A DNA stretch of 64,000 bases from Dehalococcoidia bacterium (lineage in GTDB: Bacteria > Chloroflexota > Dehalococcoidia > GIF9 > AB-539-J10), in NCBI GenBank assembly GCA_003562475.1, contig PWUU01000039.1, positions 89-64,088 on the forward strand. Direction: 5' to 3'. Of the stretch, positions 54,539 through 64,000 are shown one piece after another. The notes beneath the pieces are model-generated. The model saw nothing but the letters and a program-made list of their open reading frames with translations, was not told where the DNA came from and did not search any database. Position numbers and translations under genes: made by a program. Position 1 is the stretch's first letter; each line of letters opens with the position of its first letter.

Positions 54539-56690
54539 ATGATTCTCCTTTTCTCACTACGCTGATTACACTCCACAGCGACTGTATTCTGGCCACAAGA
54601 TTGCTGAGCTGTGAGGTGCCGGTCACCTCGACGTCCACATGCAGCGAGGCCATGCCCCCCTCATCACGGGTAAAACCAACATCGGTGATGTTGACGCCCG
54701 CCTCAGCAATAACCGCGCTGATATCCCGGAGCAGCGCCGTTCGATCCCACGCGTCTATCTGAAGCTTGACAGGGTAGACCTGTGTGACGTCGCCCCAGTC
54801 CACGGCTACAAGCCGTTCCTTTTCTGATTCGTTAATGACATTGATACAGTCACGGCGATGGACGGTGACGCCACGACCCTGGGTAATATACCCGATAATC
54901 TCCTCGCCCGGCAAGGGATTGCAGCAGTTGGCTATCCTCGTATACAGGTCCCCAACGCCCAGCACCCGTATACTCCCCGGGCTCACTCGCTTCGGCGCCG
55001 ATACCTCTATGGTCTTCTCTCGAGGCTCGAGTTCAGCGCTTAGCTTGACCGCCACCTGAGATATTGTAATATTCCCCCTTCCAATGGCAAGATACAGGTC
55101 TTCTGGACTGCCATAGCCAAGTTTGCTCGCGAGCTTCTCAGCACCGGGCAGGGGAACGGCCAGGCGCTTCAATCCGCTCTCGAGCATCTGTCGGCCGGTC
55201 TCGATGCTCTGACTGCGCTCCTGCTTGTTGAACCACTGGCGGACTTTGCTCTGTGCGTATGAGGTGCGAACGTAGCCAAGTTCGGGGTTCAGCCAGTCGA
55301 GACTGGGCCCTCGCTCAGTCTTTGAAGCCACGATCTCGACCACATCACCATTGTTCAGCGGTTGGTTAAGCTGCACCAGCTTGCCGTTTACTTTCGCGCC
55401 AATACAACGATAGCCAAGGTCGGTGTGAATGCGAAACGCGAAATCCAGAGGCGTTGCTCCCTTCGGCAGATCTTTGATCTCTCCCATCGGTGTGTAGACG
55501 AACACCTGGCCGGTAAGAACATCAGCCTTGAGCGACTCAACGAACTGTTCTCCATCGAGCTCATCCCGACGTTCGGCAAGCTCCTGAAGCCACGCGATAC
55601 GTGGATCCATAGCGCGATCCTTTCTACTGCCCTCTTTGTAGTGCCAGTGAGCTGCAACTCCGAACGTGGCTACCTGGTTCATCTGGTGAGTCCTGATCTG
55701 TATCTCGATCGGCGTGGTTCCGTTGCATAGGACAGTAGTATGAAGCGACTGATAGCCATTGTCCTTGGGATTCGCAATGTAGTCGTTGAACTCTTCGATA
55801 ATCGGGTGCCAGAAGTTGTGTACGACACCCAGAGCCTTATAGCAATCTGCCACAGAGTCCACCAGAACACGCAGCGCGAACAGATCGTGAATATCACCCA
55901 CACTCTTACCCTGCTCCGCATATCGCTTCGCCTTCAGGTACGTGCTGTAGATATGCTTTGGACGTCCCAGCACCCGCGCCTCAACTCCCTGCCTGTGCAA
56001 CTCTTCCGACAGGGACCGAATTGCCTCACCCACAAAGCCCTCGCGTTCGGCCCGCTTGGTCGCAATCAAGCGTGAGATCCTCCGATACTGCTTCGGCTCA
56101 AGATACCGAAACGCGAGATCTTCGAGCTGCCATTTCGTACGCCGAAGACCTAGCCGATGCGCAAGCGGCGCATAGACATCCAGCGTCTGGCGCGCAATAG
56201 CACGACGCCGGCCTAGCGGCAAAGCGCCAAGCGTCCTCATGTTGTGAAGCCTGTCGGCGAGCTTGATGAGCACGACTCGCAGGTCCTCAGCCGTAGCCAT
56301 TAGCAGCTTGCGAAGGTTCTCAGCTTGAGCCTTGGAGTCGATTTCCTTCTCCTCGCTCCTGTTCGCCAGGCGTTTGAGCGTGGTCACGCCATCAACAAGG
56401 CTTGCCACTTCGGACCCGAAACACGCGGAGATTCTCTCCTGAGAGATATCACAGTCTTCAATGACGTCATGGAGCAGTGCAGCAGCAATGGATTCGGCAT
56501 CAAGCTGATACTCAACCAGTGTCAGGCTCACATTGAGCGGGTGCTCAAGATAAGGCTCCCCCGACGCGCGCAGCTGTCCCTCGTGTGCCTTCGCAGCGAA
56601 CTCATACGCCGAGCGGATGAACTCAAGCTTTTCAGGAGGCAAGTAAGCGCCGGCCTCCCTCAGCAGTGTCTCAACATCCATAGCTGGCAT
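54513..56690 (-). CDS. relA: bifunctional (p)ppGpp synthetase / guanosine-3',5'-bis(diphosphate) 3'-pyrophosphohydrolase
   Basis: The HD hydrolase domain (HPL.V...L......D...I.AALLHDV.ED) is followed by the RelA/SpoT synthetase domain (YQSLHT), then TGS and ACT domains. Confidence 0.9.
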   Translation of the reverse strand: MPAMDVETLLREAGAYLPPEKLEFIRSAYEFAAKAHEGQLRASGEPYLEHPLNVSLTLVEYQLDAESIAAALLHDVIEDCDISQERISACFGSEVASLVDGVTTLKRLANRSEEKEIDSKAQAENLRKLLMATAEDLRVVLIKLADRLHNMRTLGALPLGRRRAIARQTLDVYAPLAHRLGLRRTKWQLEDLAFRYLEPKQYRRISRLIATKRAEREGFVGEAIRSLSEELHRQGVEARVLGRPKHIYSTYLKAKRYAEQGKSVGDIHDLFALRVLVDSVADCYKALGVVHNFWHPIIEEFNDYIANPKDNGYQSLHTTVLCNGTTPIEIQIRTHQMNQVATFGVAAHWHYKEGSRKDRAMDPRIAWLQELAERRDELDGEQFVESLKADVLTGQVFVYTPMGEIKDLPKGATPLDFAFRIHTDLGYRCIGAKVNGKLVQLNQPLNNGDVVEIVASKTERGPSLDWLNPELGYVRTSYAQSKVRQWFNKQERSQSIETGRQMLESGLKRLAVPLPGAEKLASKLGYGSPEDLYLAIGRGNITISQVAVKLSAELEPREKTIEVSAPKRVSPGSIRVLGVGDLYTRIANCCNPLPGEEIIGYITQGRGVTVHRRDCINVINESEKERLVAVDWGDVTQVYPVKLQIDAWDRTALLRDISAVIAEAGVNITDVGFTRDEGGMASLHVDVEVTGTSQLSNLVARIQSLWSVISVVRKGESFVREQVSK

Positions 56691-56791
56691 AATAACTCAG
56701 CGCTGCTGGACAAGCAAACGGGGCTGTACGGACTACTCGCGCCAGGATGATATCATCCAGATCAGAGTCGACCTGTATCACCAGGTGCACT

Positions 56792-57514
56792 ATGCTGCAA
56801 CACCTTGTCGATGGACTCAGGGAACTCGGACGCGACATCAGCCCCGCACAGATCGAGATGTTCGAGCTCTATCGACTCGAGTTGTTGCGATGGAACCGGT
56901 ACACGAACCTTACCGCGATCACAGACCCTGCGCAGGTGGAGTTGCGACACTTCCTTGATTCGCTCACGGTCCTGCAGGCGCTTGATACGATATCTCCGTT
57001 AGAATCACAATTGAAGATGATTGACGTGGGCACAGGTGCCGGCTTTCCAGGAATACCGCTGAAGGTTATGTTGACCGATTGCCACCTCGTCCTCCTTGAA
57101 GCGACGGGGAAGAGGGTCGCTTTTCTCACGCACATCATCGACCTGCTCCGCCTGTCTGGCAGTGAAGTGGTACAGGGCAGAGCGGAGGACGTGGCTCACG
57201 ACCCCACACATCGAGAGTCCTATGGTCTCGTCGTGGCCCGTGCCGTTGCGCCACTTGCGACACTCGCCGAGCTTTGTCTCCCTTTCGCCTCTATGGGCTC
57301 GCTATTCGTCGCCCTGAAAAAGGGCGAATTAGGCGAGGAACTCTATGCCGCACAGAATGCTGTCAAGATGGCCGGGGGAGGAGATACACGAGTCATCACC
57401 GTGCGATTGCCTCAACTGGCCGATGACCGGCGCCTCGTCTGTATCAGGAAAGTCGCTGCCTCCCCGGACCGCCTCCCCCGACGCCCCGGAATCCCGTCGA
57501 AGCGCCCGCTTTGA
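56792..57514 (+). CDS. rsmG: 16S rRNA (guanine527-N7)-methyltransferase
   Basis: Contains W N..TNLTAI, HF.DSL and the SAM motif DVGTGAGFPGIPLK. Confidence 0.85.
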   Translation: MLQHLVDGLRELGRDISPAQIEMFELYRLELLRWNRYTNLTAITDPAQVELRHFLDSLTVLQALDTISPLESQLKMIDVGTGAGFPGIPLKVMLTDCHLVLLEATGKRVAFLTHIIDLLRLSGSEVVQGRAEDVAHDPTHRESYGLVVARAVAPLATLAELCLPFASMGSLFVALKKGELGEELYAAQNAVKMAGGGDTRVITVRLPQLADDRRLVCIRKVAASPDRLPRRPGIPSKRPL

Positions 57515-57625
57515 GGCTGCCCAGAAGAGCTTCGCCTCTTCGACGAAGGGGGCGCTGAGCGCCGGTGCCTCACAGCGAGAGGCAAATGTGTTACGATACG
57601 ACTGCACTAACAGAGGAGACAACGT

Positions 57626-58393
57626 ATGAGTTCGGGACTGTTCTCGCTCGATGGCAAGGTGGCTCTCGTCACCGGTGCGAGCAGGGGTATAGGCAAAGAG
57701 ACTGCTCTTGCCTTCGCGAGAGCGGGAGCAGATGTGATCCTGGGAGACATCACCGACGACCTTGAGGACATCGTCGGACAGGCGCGTTCTCTCGGACACA
57801 GGGTGAAAGGTGTACACGTAGACGTGACGGATAACGCACAGGTATACGATGCCGTTGCCACGACTCAACGGCAGTACGGAAGGATTGACATCCTCGTCAA
57901 CAATGCAGGGACCCACCTTGTCGAACGCTTCGCTGAAGGTTCCCCGGAGGCCTGGGACAGGTGCCTCCACGTCAACCTTCTCGGGCACATGGTCTTCTGT
58001 CATGCCGTGATCGGCGGCATGATCGAGCGCCAGTACGGCAAGATCGTGAATGTCGCCTCCGATGCAGGCAGGGTTGGCAGCCTCGGACAGGCCGTATACG
58101 GCGCAGCAAAGGGCGGTATCATCGCGTTCACCCGCAACCTGGCGGTGGAGTTAGCGCGCTACAGGATCAATGTCAATTGCGTCTCACCGGGACTCATCAA
58201 TACCGACATGTGGAACTCAACACGGCGGGACAAACCGAAGCTGGCGGACGCATACGAGAACACTGTCCTCTGGAAGCGACTCGGTGAACCAGGGGAAGTC
58301 GCCACGGCAATTCTGTTCCTCGTCTCGGATGAAGCAGAATACATCACCGGCCAGACGCTCAGTGTCAATGGCGGGGTGTTCATAGCATCGTAA
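57626..58393 (+). CDS. SDR family oxidoreductase (FabG-like)
   Basis: Contains TGASRGIG and NNAG. The catalytic motif Y-x3-K is present as YGAAKGG. Confidence 0.85.
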   Translation: MSSGLFSLDGKVALVTGASRGIGKETALAFARAGADVILGDITDDLEDIVGQARSLGHRVKGVHVDVTDNAQVYDAVATTQRQYGRIDILVNNAGTHLVERFAEGSPEAWDRCLHVNLLGHMVFCHAVIGGMIERQYGKIVNVASDAGRVGSLGQAVYGAAKGGIIAFTRNLAVELARYRINVNCVSPGLINTDMWNSTRRDKPKLADAYENTVLWKRLGEPGEVATAILFLVSDEAEYITGQTLSVNGGVFIAS

Positions 58394-58467
58394 GGTCTGC
58401 CCCACACACATCCGGAGGCAGTACGTAACCTTTGGCTCGAGACTAGAGGCAAGGAGGAACTCGTCGC

Positions 58468-59325
58468 ATGGAAATCAAGAGAGTCGGAGTAGTCGGCTGC
58501 GGCCTGATGGGGTCCGGTATCGCCGAGATATCTGCCCGCGCCGGCTATGATGTATTCGTAACCGAGGTAACTGAGGACTTGCTCAAGAAGGGGCTTGCCA
58601 GAATCGAGTCTTCGACACAGAAGGCAGTCGACCGGGGAAAGTCTACCTCGGAAGAACGTTCGGCAACACTCTCGCGGATCAAGGGGTCGACGAAGCTGGA
58701 GGACCTCAAGGATTGCCATCTCGTCATTGAGGCAGTCATCGAGCAGATGGACGAGAAGAAGAGGGTCTTCGGCATTCTCGACTCCAACTGCCCGCCGGAG
58801 ACCATCCTGGCAAGCAATACCTCGTCCCTCTCGATCACCGAGATCGCTGCCGCCACCACGCGACCCGACAGGGTGCTTGGGCTTCACTTCTTCAGCCCTG
58901 TGCCAGTGATGAGGCTCCTCGAGGTGGTGAAGACGATTATGGCGAGCGACGACGTCGTCGAGGCCGGAGTTGCCTACGGCCAGGCCGTCGGCAAAGAGAC
59001 GGTCGTATGCAAGGATGCACCAGGCTTCATCGTGAATCAGCTCTACCTGCCATATACCCTGGTGGCGCTTCGGCAGTGGGAGCGCGGCCTTGCCACAATC
59101 GAGGACATAGACAAGGCCATGACGCTCGGACTCAACTATCCGATGGGTCCGTTCACCCTCATGGACTTCGTGGGACTCGACATCCACTACAATGCCTGCA
59201 TGGCGATCTACGAGGAGACCAGGGACCCCGCGTACTTCCCCCCACCAGTGCTCAAGAAGATGATCCAGGCGGGCCATCTGGGTCGCAAGACAGCGAAGGG
59301 GTTCTACGACTACAGCAGCAAATAG
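58468..59325 (+). CDS. hbd: 3-hydroxybutyryl-CoA / 3-hydroxyacyl-CoA dehydrogenase
   Basis: Contains VGVVGCGLMGSGIA, NTSSLSI, HFF.P and PGF..N. Confidence 0.85.
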   Translation: MEIKRVGVVGCGLMGSGIAEISARAGYDVFVTEVTEDLLKKGLARIESSTQKAVDRGKSTSEERSATLSRIKGSTKLEDLKDCHLVIEAVIEQMDEKKRVFGILDSNCPPETILASNTSSLSITEIAAATTRPDRVLGLHFFSPVPVMRLLEVVKTIMASDDVVEAGVAYGQAVGKETVVCKDAPGFIVNQLYLPYTLVALRQWERGLATIEDIDKAMTLGLNYPMGPFTLMDFVGLDIHYNACMAIYEETRDPAYFPPPVLKKMIQAGHLGRKTAKGFYDYSSK

Positions 59326-59367
59326 AGTTGGGCAGAAGGCTCTCTGCCTGGACGGAGGAAGGAGCAA

Positions 59368-60792
59368 GTGAATAGCGTGATAGGAATCGTATCGTACGCA
59401 GCATACTTGCCACTGTATCGCCTGAGTCGCGCCGAAATAGGACGGGCTTGGGGAACGGGAGGCAAAGGCGAGAAGGCAATAGCCAGCCACGATGAGGACA
59501 GCCTCACTATGGCTGTTGCCGCTGCCCAGCAGTGTCTTCTTGGAATAGACGTCAACTCCGTCGATGGCGTGTTTTTCGCGTCGACTACCGCACCCTATAA
59601 AGAAAAACAGTCGGCAGCCACCATCGCCGCAGTGCTCGCCATGGGGTCGGAGGTCTGCACAGCAGACTTTGGAGGGTCGCTGAGGTGCGGCACCAACGCG
59701 TTAAGGGCCGCCGTGGATGCGGTGAAGAGCGGTTCGCTCCAGAAAGTACTCGTGCTGGTCGCCGACTGTCGCCTCGGCCTTCCAAATGGCAGTAACGAAA
59801 TGGCCTTCGGCGACGGCGCCGGCGCACTGCTCATCGGATCCGATCGTCTGGTGGCGTCCATCGACTCCATGGATACCATGACGGACGAGATCATCGATGT
59901 CTTCAAGTCGGACAGGGATCGCTATGTTCGTACATGGGAAGCCAGGTTTGTACGTGAAGACGGACATGGACGCGTCGTCCCACAGGCAGTGAAGGCTGCG
60001 CTCGAGAGAAGCGGGCTCGCCGCTGCCGATCTCGCAAAGATTGTGATGTACTCGCCGGATCAACGGCAGCTTCAGGCAGTCTCGAAGGCGATGAAGCTCG
60101 ACCCCACAGTGGTTCAGGATACCTTCTACAACGAGTTCGGTGACACCGGGGCGGCACAGGTCTTCATCTCTCTTGCTGCCGCACTTGAACAGGCGAATGA
60201 GGGAGACAGGCTGCTGTTGGCTTCGTACGGAAACGGTTCAGATGTGTTCGCACTGACAACTCTCGCCGGCATCGCTTCGCCAACACGGGCCCGCGGCATT
60301 GAGTACTACCTCAACACCAAGCTCATGATCTCCACCTACGAGAAGTATCTTCGCTGGCGCCAGATAATCGAGCTTGAGCCTGCCGCGACCGCCCCCATGG
60401 AGCAGCCGTCGCCGGTAGCGCTATGGCGCGACAACAAGAGCGGCCTCAACCTGCATGGCGTGAAGTGCCGCAAGTGTGGAACAGCTCAGTACCCCGCGCA
60501 GCGCATCTGCATGGGCTGCGGCGCGAAGGATGACTTCGACGACTACGCGTTTGTGGACAAACCGGCAGTTCTTGCTACATTTAGTCATGACAGCCTCGGA
60601 GCCAGCGCAGATCCGCCGACCACGGTCGCGGCAGTGGACTTCGAGGGTGGTGGCAGGATTACCTGTGACATGACCGACAGAGACCCGGCCGAGATCAAGA
60701 TCGGGATGCCGATCGAGATGGTCTTCCGGGTGCTGAGGTACATCGGCGGCTTCTACACCTACTGGTGGAAAGCCCGGCCGAAGCGGGATTAG
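59368..60792 (+). CDS. thiolase-fold condensing enzyme (archaeal-type HMG-CoA-synthase-like) fused to a DUF35 zinc-ribbon/OB-fold domain
   Basis: GTG start after GGAGGAAGGAG. Residues 1-350 are HMGCS/KAS-III-like (IVSYAAYLPLYRL...E.G.AWG....GEKA....DED). Residues ~351-474 have CRKCG...CMGCG plus an OB fold (P.V.A.......G.R....M.D.....I.IGMP.EMVFR), typical of DUF35. Confidence 0.7.
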   Translation: MNSVIGIVSYAAYLPLYRLSRAEIGRAWGTGGKGEKAIASHDEDSLTMAVAAAQQCLLGIDVNSVDGVFFASTTAPYKEKQSAATIAAVLAMGSEVCTADFGGSLRCGTNALRAAVDAVKSGSLQKVLVLVADCRLGLPNGSNEMAFGDGAGALLIGSDRLVASIDSMDTMTDEIIDVFKSDRDRYVRTWEARFVREDGHGRVVPQAVKAALERSGLAAADLAKIVMYSPDQRQLQAVSKAMKLDPTVVQDTFYNEFGDTGAAQVFISLAAALEQANEGDRLLLASYGNGSDVFALTTLAGIASPTRARGIEYYLNTKLMISTYEKYLRWRQIIELEPAATAPMEQPSPVALWRDNKSGLNLHGVKCRKCGTAQYPAQRICMGCGAKDDFDDYAFVDKPAVLATFSHDSLGASADPPTTVAAVDFEGGGRITCDMTDRDPAEIKIGMPIEMVFRVLRYIGGFYTYWWKARPKRD

Positions 60793-60819
60793 AAACACTA
60801 TCTCTAGACGAGGTGCAAA

Positions 60820-62010
60820 ATGGACGGAATCAAAGATAAGGTTGCCATCATCGGGATGGGATGCTCCAAGTTCGGCGAGAACTGGGACAAGAGTGCCGAC
60901 GACATGATCATCGACGCCGTGTACGAGGCGTACGAGGACGCAGGAATTGAACCCAAGGATATCGGCGCAGCATGGCTCGGCACCTATGTCACCGAGTGGA
61001 CAGGCCAGATGCTCTCACGCGCACTCAAGCTCGATTACGTGCCGGTGACCAGAGTTGAGAATGCATGCGCCACCGGTTCCGATGCGTTGAGAAACGCTTG
61101 TTACGCAGTCGCCTCCGGCGCCTGCGACATCGCGCTCGCAGTCGGAGTCGAGAAGCTGAAAGACTCCGGCTACAGTGGGCTTCCGGACTTCGAGCTTCAC
61201 CGGCGACAGCTTAATACGTATCGGAGCCGGACATTCAGTCCTCCAGGCCACTTCGCCATGATGGCAACGAAGTACTTCGACCAGTACGGTTTGGGCGCCG
61301 ATGAAGGCAGGCGCATTATCGGCCAGATCGCGGTGAAGAACCACCACAACGGCGCGCTCGCTCCGAAAGCGCATTTCCAGGCCGAGACGACTCTTGAGAA
61401 GGTCCTCGCTGCACCGATGGTTGCCTGGCCCCTCGGCCTATTCGACTGCTGCGGCGTGAGCGATGGCGCCGCTGCGGCCATCGTCACCCGTGCTGATCTG
61501 GCGAAGAGCTTCCGCGCCGATCCGATCTTCGTGAAGGCGCTGCAGATCGCCGTCGGCCCCTACGAGGGCTACATGAGCCCGAAGTACGACTGGGTGCATG
61601 TCGAGGAGACGGTCCGTGCTGGCGACCGCGCCTACGCTGAGGCTGGAATCAAGAATCCCCGCGAGGAGATCAGCATGGCGGAGGTCCATGACTGCTTCAC
61701 CATCACAGAGTTGGTCATCATGGAGGACCTCAAGTTCAGCGAGCGGGGCAAGGCCTCAGAGGATGTGCAAAGCGGGTTCTTTGAGCTCGATGGAGGGCTT
61801 CCCGTTAACACCGATGGCGGGCTCAAGTGCTTCGGCCACCCGATCGGCGCCAGCGGCCTGCGCATGATGTACGAGGTCTATAAGCAGCTCCAGCAGAAGG
61901 CCGACAGGCGGCAGATTAAGAATCCGCGACTGGGCCTCACGCACAACCTCGGTGGTACTCCGGCGACATGCAGCGTCAGCGTCATCATCGCCGGGAACGA
62001 GAAGGGCTGA
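60820..62010 (+). CDS. thiolase (acetyl-CoA acetyltransferase, archaeal/SCP-x type)
   Basis: Contains VAIIGMGCSKFGE, NACATGS and the C-terminal GG...CFGHPIGASG. The protein is 396 aa. Confidence 0.85.
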   Translation: MDGIKDKVAIIGMGCSKFGENWDKSADDMIIDAVYEAYEDAGIEPKDIGAAWLGTYVTEWTGQMLSRALKLDYVPVTRVENACATGSDALRNACYAVASGACDIALAVGVEKLKDSGYSGLPDFELHRRQLNTYRSRTFSPPGHFAMMATKYFDQYGLGADEGRRIIGQIAVKNHHNGALAPKAHFQAETTLEKVLAAPMVAWPLGLFDCCGVSDGAAAAIVTRADLAKSFRADPIFVKALQIAVGPYEGYMSPKYDWVHVEETVRAGDRAYAEAGIKNPREEISMAEVHDCFTITELVIMEDLKFSERGKASEDVQSGFFELDGGLPVNTDGGLKCFGHPIGASGLRMMYEVYKQLQQKADRRQIKNPRLGLTHNLGGTPATCSVSVIIAGNEKG

Positions 62011-62029
62011 CCCTTCCCTCTCCCTTCGC

Positions 62030-62053
62030 GGTGACGAAGGGAGTACAACCAGA
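62030..62053 (+). terminator. hairpin downstream of the thiolase gene
   Basis: CTCCCTTCG-CGGTGA-CGAAGGGAG, a 9-bp stem with no clear T tract. Confidence 0.35.
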
Positions 62054-62168
62054 GACCTCTGGATAGGGTGAGGGACTGCAAGAACCGGCGGTCCCTCCTC
62101 TCCTGGAATTGTGCCCTCATTTCACGCATACCTTTGCGTCCTGACAGGACGTGGCCTATAATACCGCT

Positions 62169-63050
62169 ATGGAGAAGAGCACTTTCCGCACCAAGAGCGG
62201 CCTTGCCCAATCCCTCAAGGGTGGGGTCATCATGGATGTGGTAACCCCCGAACAGGCACGAATCGCCGAAGATGCCGGGGCCTGTGCCGTTATGGCACTT
62301 GAGCGAGTTCCTGCTGATATCCGGGCCGCCGGTGGGGTGGCACGAATGGCCGACCCAACAGTGATCAGGGCCATCATGGAGACCGTTAGCATACCGGTCA
62401 TGGCCAAGTGCCGAATCGGTCACTTCGTCGAAGCACAGGTCCTTCAGGCGCTTGGCGTCGATTTCGTCGACGAGTCCGAGGTGCTCACCCCGGCCGACGA
62501 GAATTTCCACGTGTGGAAACACGAATTCAAGGTCCCGTTTGTGTGCGGGTGTCGCGATCTCGGTGAAGCCCTTCGACGAATCGCAGAAGGCGCCGCCATG
62601 ATACGCACCAAGGGCGAGGCCGGCACCGGCAACATCGTTGAAGCCGTGCGTCACATGCGGGCCGTCCACGAAGGGATCCGAAGAGTCAAATTGCTTCCCA
62701 GAGAGGAGCTGGTGACAGAGGCCAAGCTGATTGGCGCGCCCCTGCAGGAGATTGTCGATGTACATGAGACGGGAGTGTTGCCTGTTGTCAATTTCGCCGC
62801 GGGCGGCGTCGCAAGCCCCGCCGATGCTGCTCTCATGATGCAACTCGGTGCAGATGGAGTGTTCGTCGGCTCAGGCATCTTCAAGTCGAGCAATCCTCCG
62901 GCAAGGGCAAAGGCCATCGTGGAAGCCGTGACTCACTATCGCAATCCTGAGGTACTCGCTCGAATTTCCACGGGACTCGGAGAGGCGATGCCCGGAATCG
63001 AGATTGCAGCCATTCCACCGCAGGACCTCCTCGCTTCGAGAGGCTGGTAG
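62169..63050 (+). CDS. pdxS: pyridoxal 5'-phosphate synthase, lyase subunit PdxS
   Basis: Contains [32 protein letters not shown] and MAK.RIGH. An alternative GTG start lies at 62151. Confidence 0.9.
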   Translation: MEKSTFRTKSGLAQSLKGGVIMDVVTPEQARIAEDAGACAVMALERVPADIRAAGGVARMADPTVIRAIMETVSIPVMAKCRIGHFVEAQVLQALGVDFVDESEVLTPADENFHVWKHEFKVPFVCGCRDLGEALRRIAEGAAMIRTKGEAGTGNIVEAVRHMRAVHEGIRRVKLLPREELVTEAKLIGAPLQEIVDVHETGVLPVVNFAAGGVASPADAALMMQLGADGVFVGSGIFKSSNPPARAKAIVEAVTHYRNPEVLARISTGLGEAMPGIEIAAIPPQDLLASRGW

Positions 63051-63058
63051 GAATACGT

Positions 63059-64000
63059 GTGCGACAGGTAGTAGCCGATAATCTGGACGCACTTCTCGAT
63101 GTGCTGCCACCTCATATACGTGAACCACTTCACGAACAGGGGCAGCTCAGCGAACTGCTCGAGGTAGTTCTCGACCTCGGATTTCCTCCTGAGGCCCGCT
63201 TCCCCCAAGCCGAGGTAATCATCAGTTGCAAGGAGATCGACCAGAACGACATTGCCTTCGTCGTCTCGCGGATAGGCGAGTTTACATCTGACAACAGGGC
63301 TGGCATCGAGCGCACCTTGCATCGCATTTCGGCGATGCGCAATCGGCGGGGCAGCATCGTCGGACTCACATGCCGGGTGGGACGTGCGGTATTCGGCATG
63401 GTCGACATGATTACCGACCTCATTGATTCCAGCCAGAATATCCTGCTGCTCGGAAGGCCGGGGGTGGGCAAGACCACCATGCTCCGTGAGGCTGCGCGCG
63501 TTCTGGCCGACAGTGCCAAGAAGCGTGTCATCGTCATCGACACCTCAAACGAGATTGCCGGTGACGGAGATATTCCTCATCCGGCGATAGGTCACGCAAG
63601 ACGGATGCAGGTTCCTTCTCCCGCCCAGCAACATGCCGTCATGATTGAGGCCGTCGAAAACCACATGCCCGAGGTCATCGTCATCGACGAGATCGGAACC
63701 GAGTTGGAGGCGCAGGCAGCGCGCACCATCGCTGAACGAGGTGTGCAGCTTATTGGAACCGCCCACGGCAACAACCTGGAGAACCTCATACTCAACCCCA
63801 CGCTCTCTGACCTCGTGGGAGGTACACAGTCGGTGACGCTCGGTGATGATGAGGCGCGTCGTCGACACACCCAGAAGTCCATCCTGGAGCGAAAGGCGCC
63901 TCCAACATTTGATGTGGTAGTAGAGATACTGGATTTCTATCGTGTCTCAGTACACACCGATGTGCAGGAGGCGGTTGACGGCATCCTCACACGTCGCCCC
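63059..64000 (+). CDS. AAA ATPase of the Ycf45 / SpoIIIAA-like, R3H-associated family (3' end outside the window)
   Basis: Not in the supplied ORF track because it has no stop codon. My own translation from the GTG at 63059 is open to 64000 (314 codons). It reads ...[15 protein letters not shown]...[34 protein letters not shown]...[16 protein letters not shown]...[28 protein letters not shown]...VIVIDEIGT...GTAHGN. The start codon is uncertain. Confidence 0.7.
   Translation, partial: MRQVVADNLDALLDVLPPHIREPLHEQGQLSELLEVVLDLGFPPEARFPQAEVIISCKEIDQNDIAFVVSRIGEFTSDNRAGIERTLHRISAMRNRRGSIVGLTCRVGRAVFGMVDMITDLIDSSQNILLLGRPGVGKTTMLREAARVLADSAKKRVIVIDTSNEIAGDGDIPHPAIGHARRMQVPSPAQQHAVMIEAVENHMPEVIVIDEIGTELEAQAARTIAERGVQLIGTAHGNNLENLILNPTLSDLVGGTQSVTLGDDEARRRHTQKSILERKAPPTFDVVVEILDFYRVSVHTDVQEAVDGILTRRP

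Noticed and set aside
1-64000. A window-wide look for CRISPR arrays, IS elements or transposases, rRNA and intact tRNA genes.
   Set aside because: I noticed no regularly spaced direct repeats, transposase/integrase-like ORFs, rRNA-like conserved blocks or complete cloverleaf candidates in the intergenic regions I read. This was a manual scan, so short or degenerate elements could have been missed.

Overview
High-GC, gene-dense bacterial chromosomal segment with about 65 protein-coding genes, many in tight or translationally coupled operons. I found no rRNA, intact tRNA, CRISPR array, transposase or integrase.

Gene content, in order:
- a corrinoid protein plus URO-D-family methyltransferase pair
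- two paralogous enolase-superfamily dehydratases; the second lies in an RraA-like / split UxaA(GarD)-type dehydratase operon, and hydroxypyruvate isomerase and tartronate-semialdehyde reductase genes lie between the two copies
- MarR and nitroreductase genes
- a NUDIX / lipoprotein / orphan Cas4-like nuclease cluster, convergent with a DnaQ-type exonuclease
- an ArsR-permease-thioredoxin-like operon
- acetate kinase, divergent from an ADP-forming acyl-CoA synthetase alpha subunit
- a YhaO/YhaN-type SbcD/SbcC-like pair
- a minus-strand block tldD-pmbA-PAC2-udg-rnj-ftsK
- folC, a split MaoC pair, pyrF and dinB
- a complete ilvBNC-leuACDB operon plus ilvE
- rpsT, relA/spoT and rsmG
- an SDR-hbd-(HMG-CoA-synthase-like::DUF35 fusion)-thiolase cluster
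- pdxS
- a 3'-truncated Ycf45/R3H-type AAA gene that the ORF track misses because it has no stop in the window

Main second-look items:
1. Two homologous, unannotated Ile/Leu/Val-rich leader peptides with terminator/antiterminator structures, one upstream of ilvB and one upstream of ilvE.
2. The orphan Cas4-like nuclease, which carries a Cys/His insertion and sits in a NUDIX-lipoprotein cluster.
3. A cobalamin-riboswitch-like leader in front of the corrinoid protein gene.
4. A Rad50-like ATPase with two predicted membrane helices in its coiled coil.
5. The HMGCS::DUF35 fusion next to a thiolase.
6. A 1.5-kb decayed region holding a nuclease pseudogene.

All family calls come from reading motifs by eye; no HMM or BLAST search was run. 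I see no clear-cut, self-contained novel multi-gene system. The 9.0-12.2 kb nuclease cluster is the best candidate.
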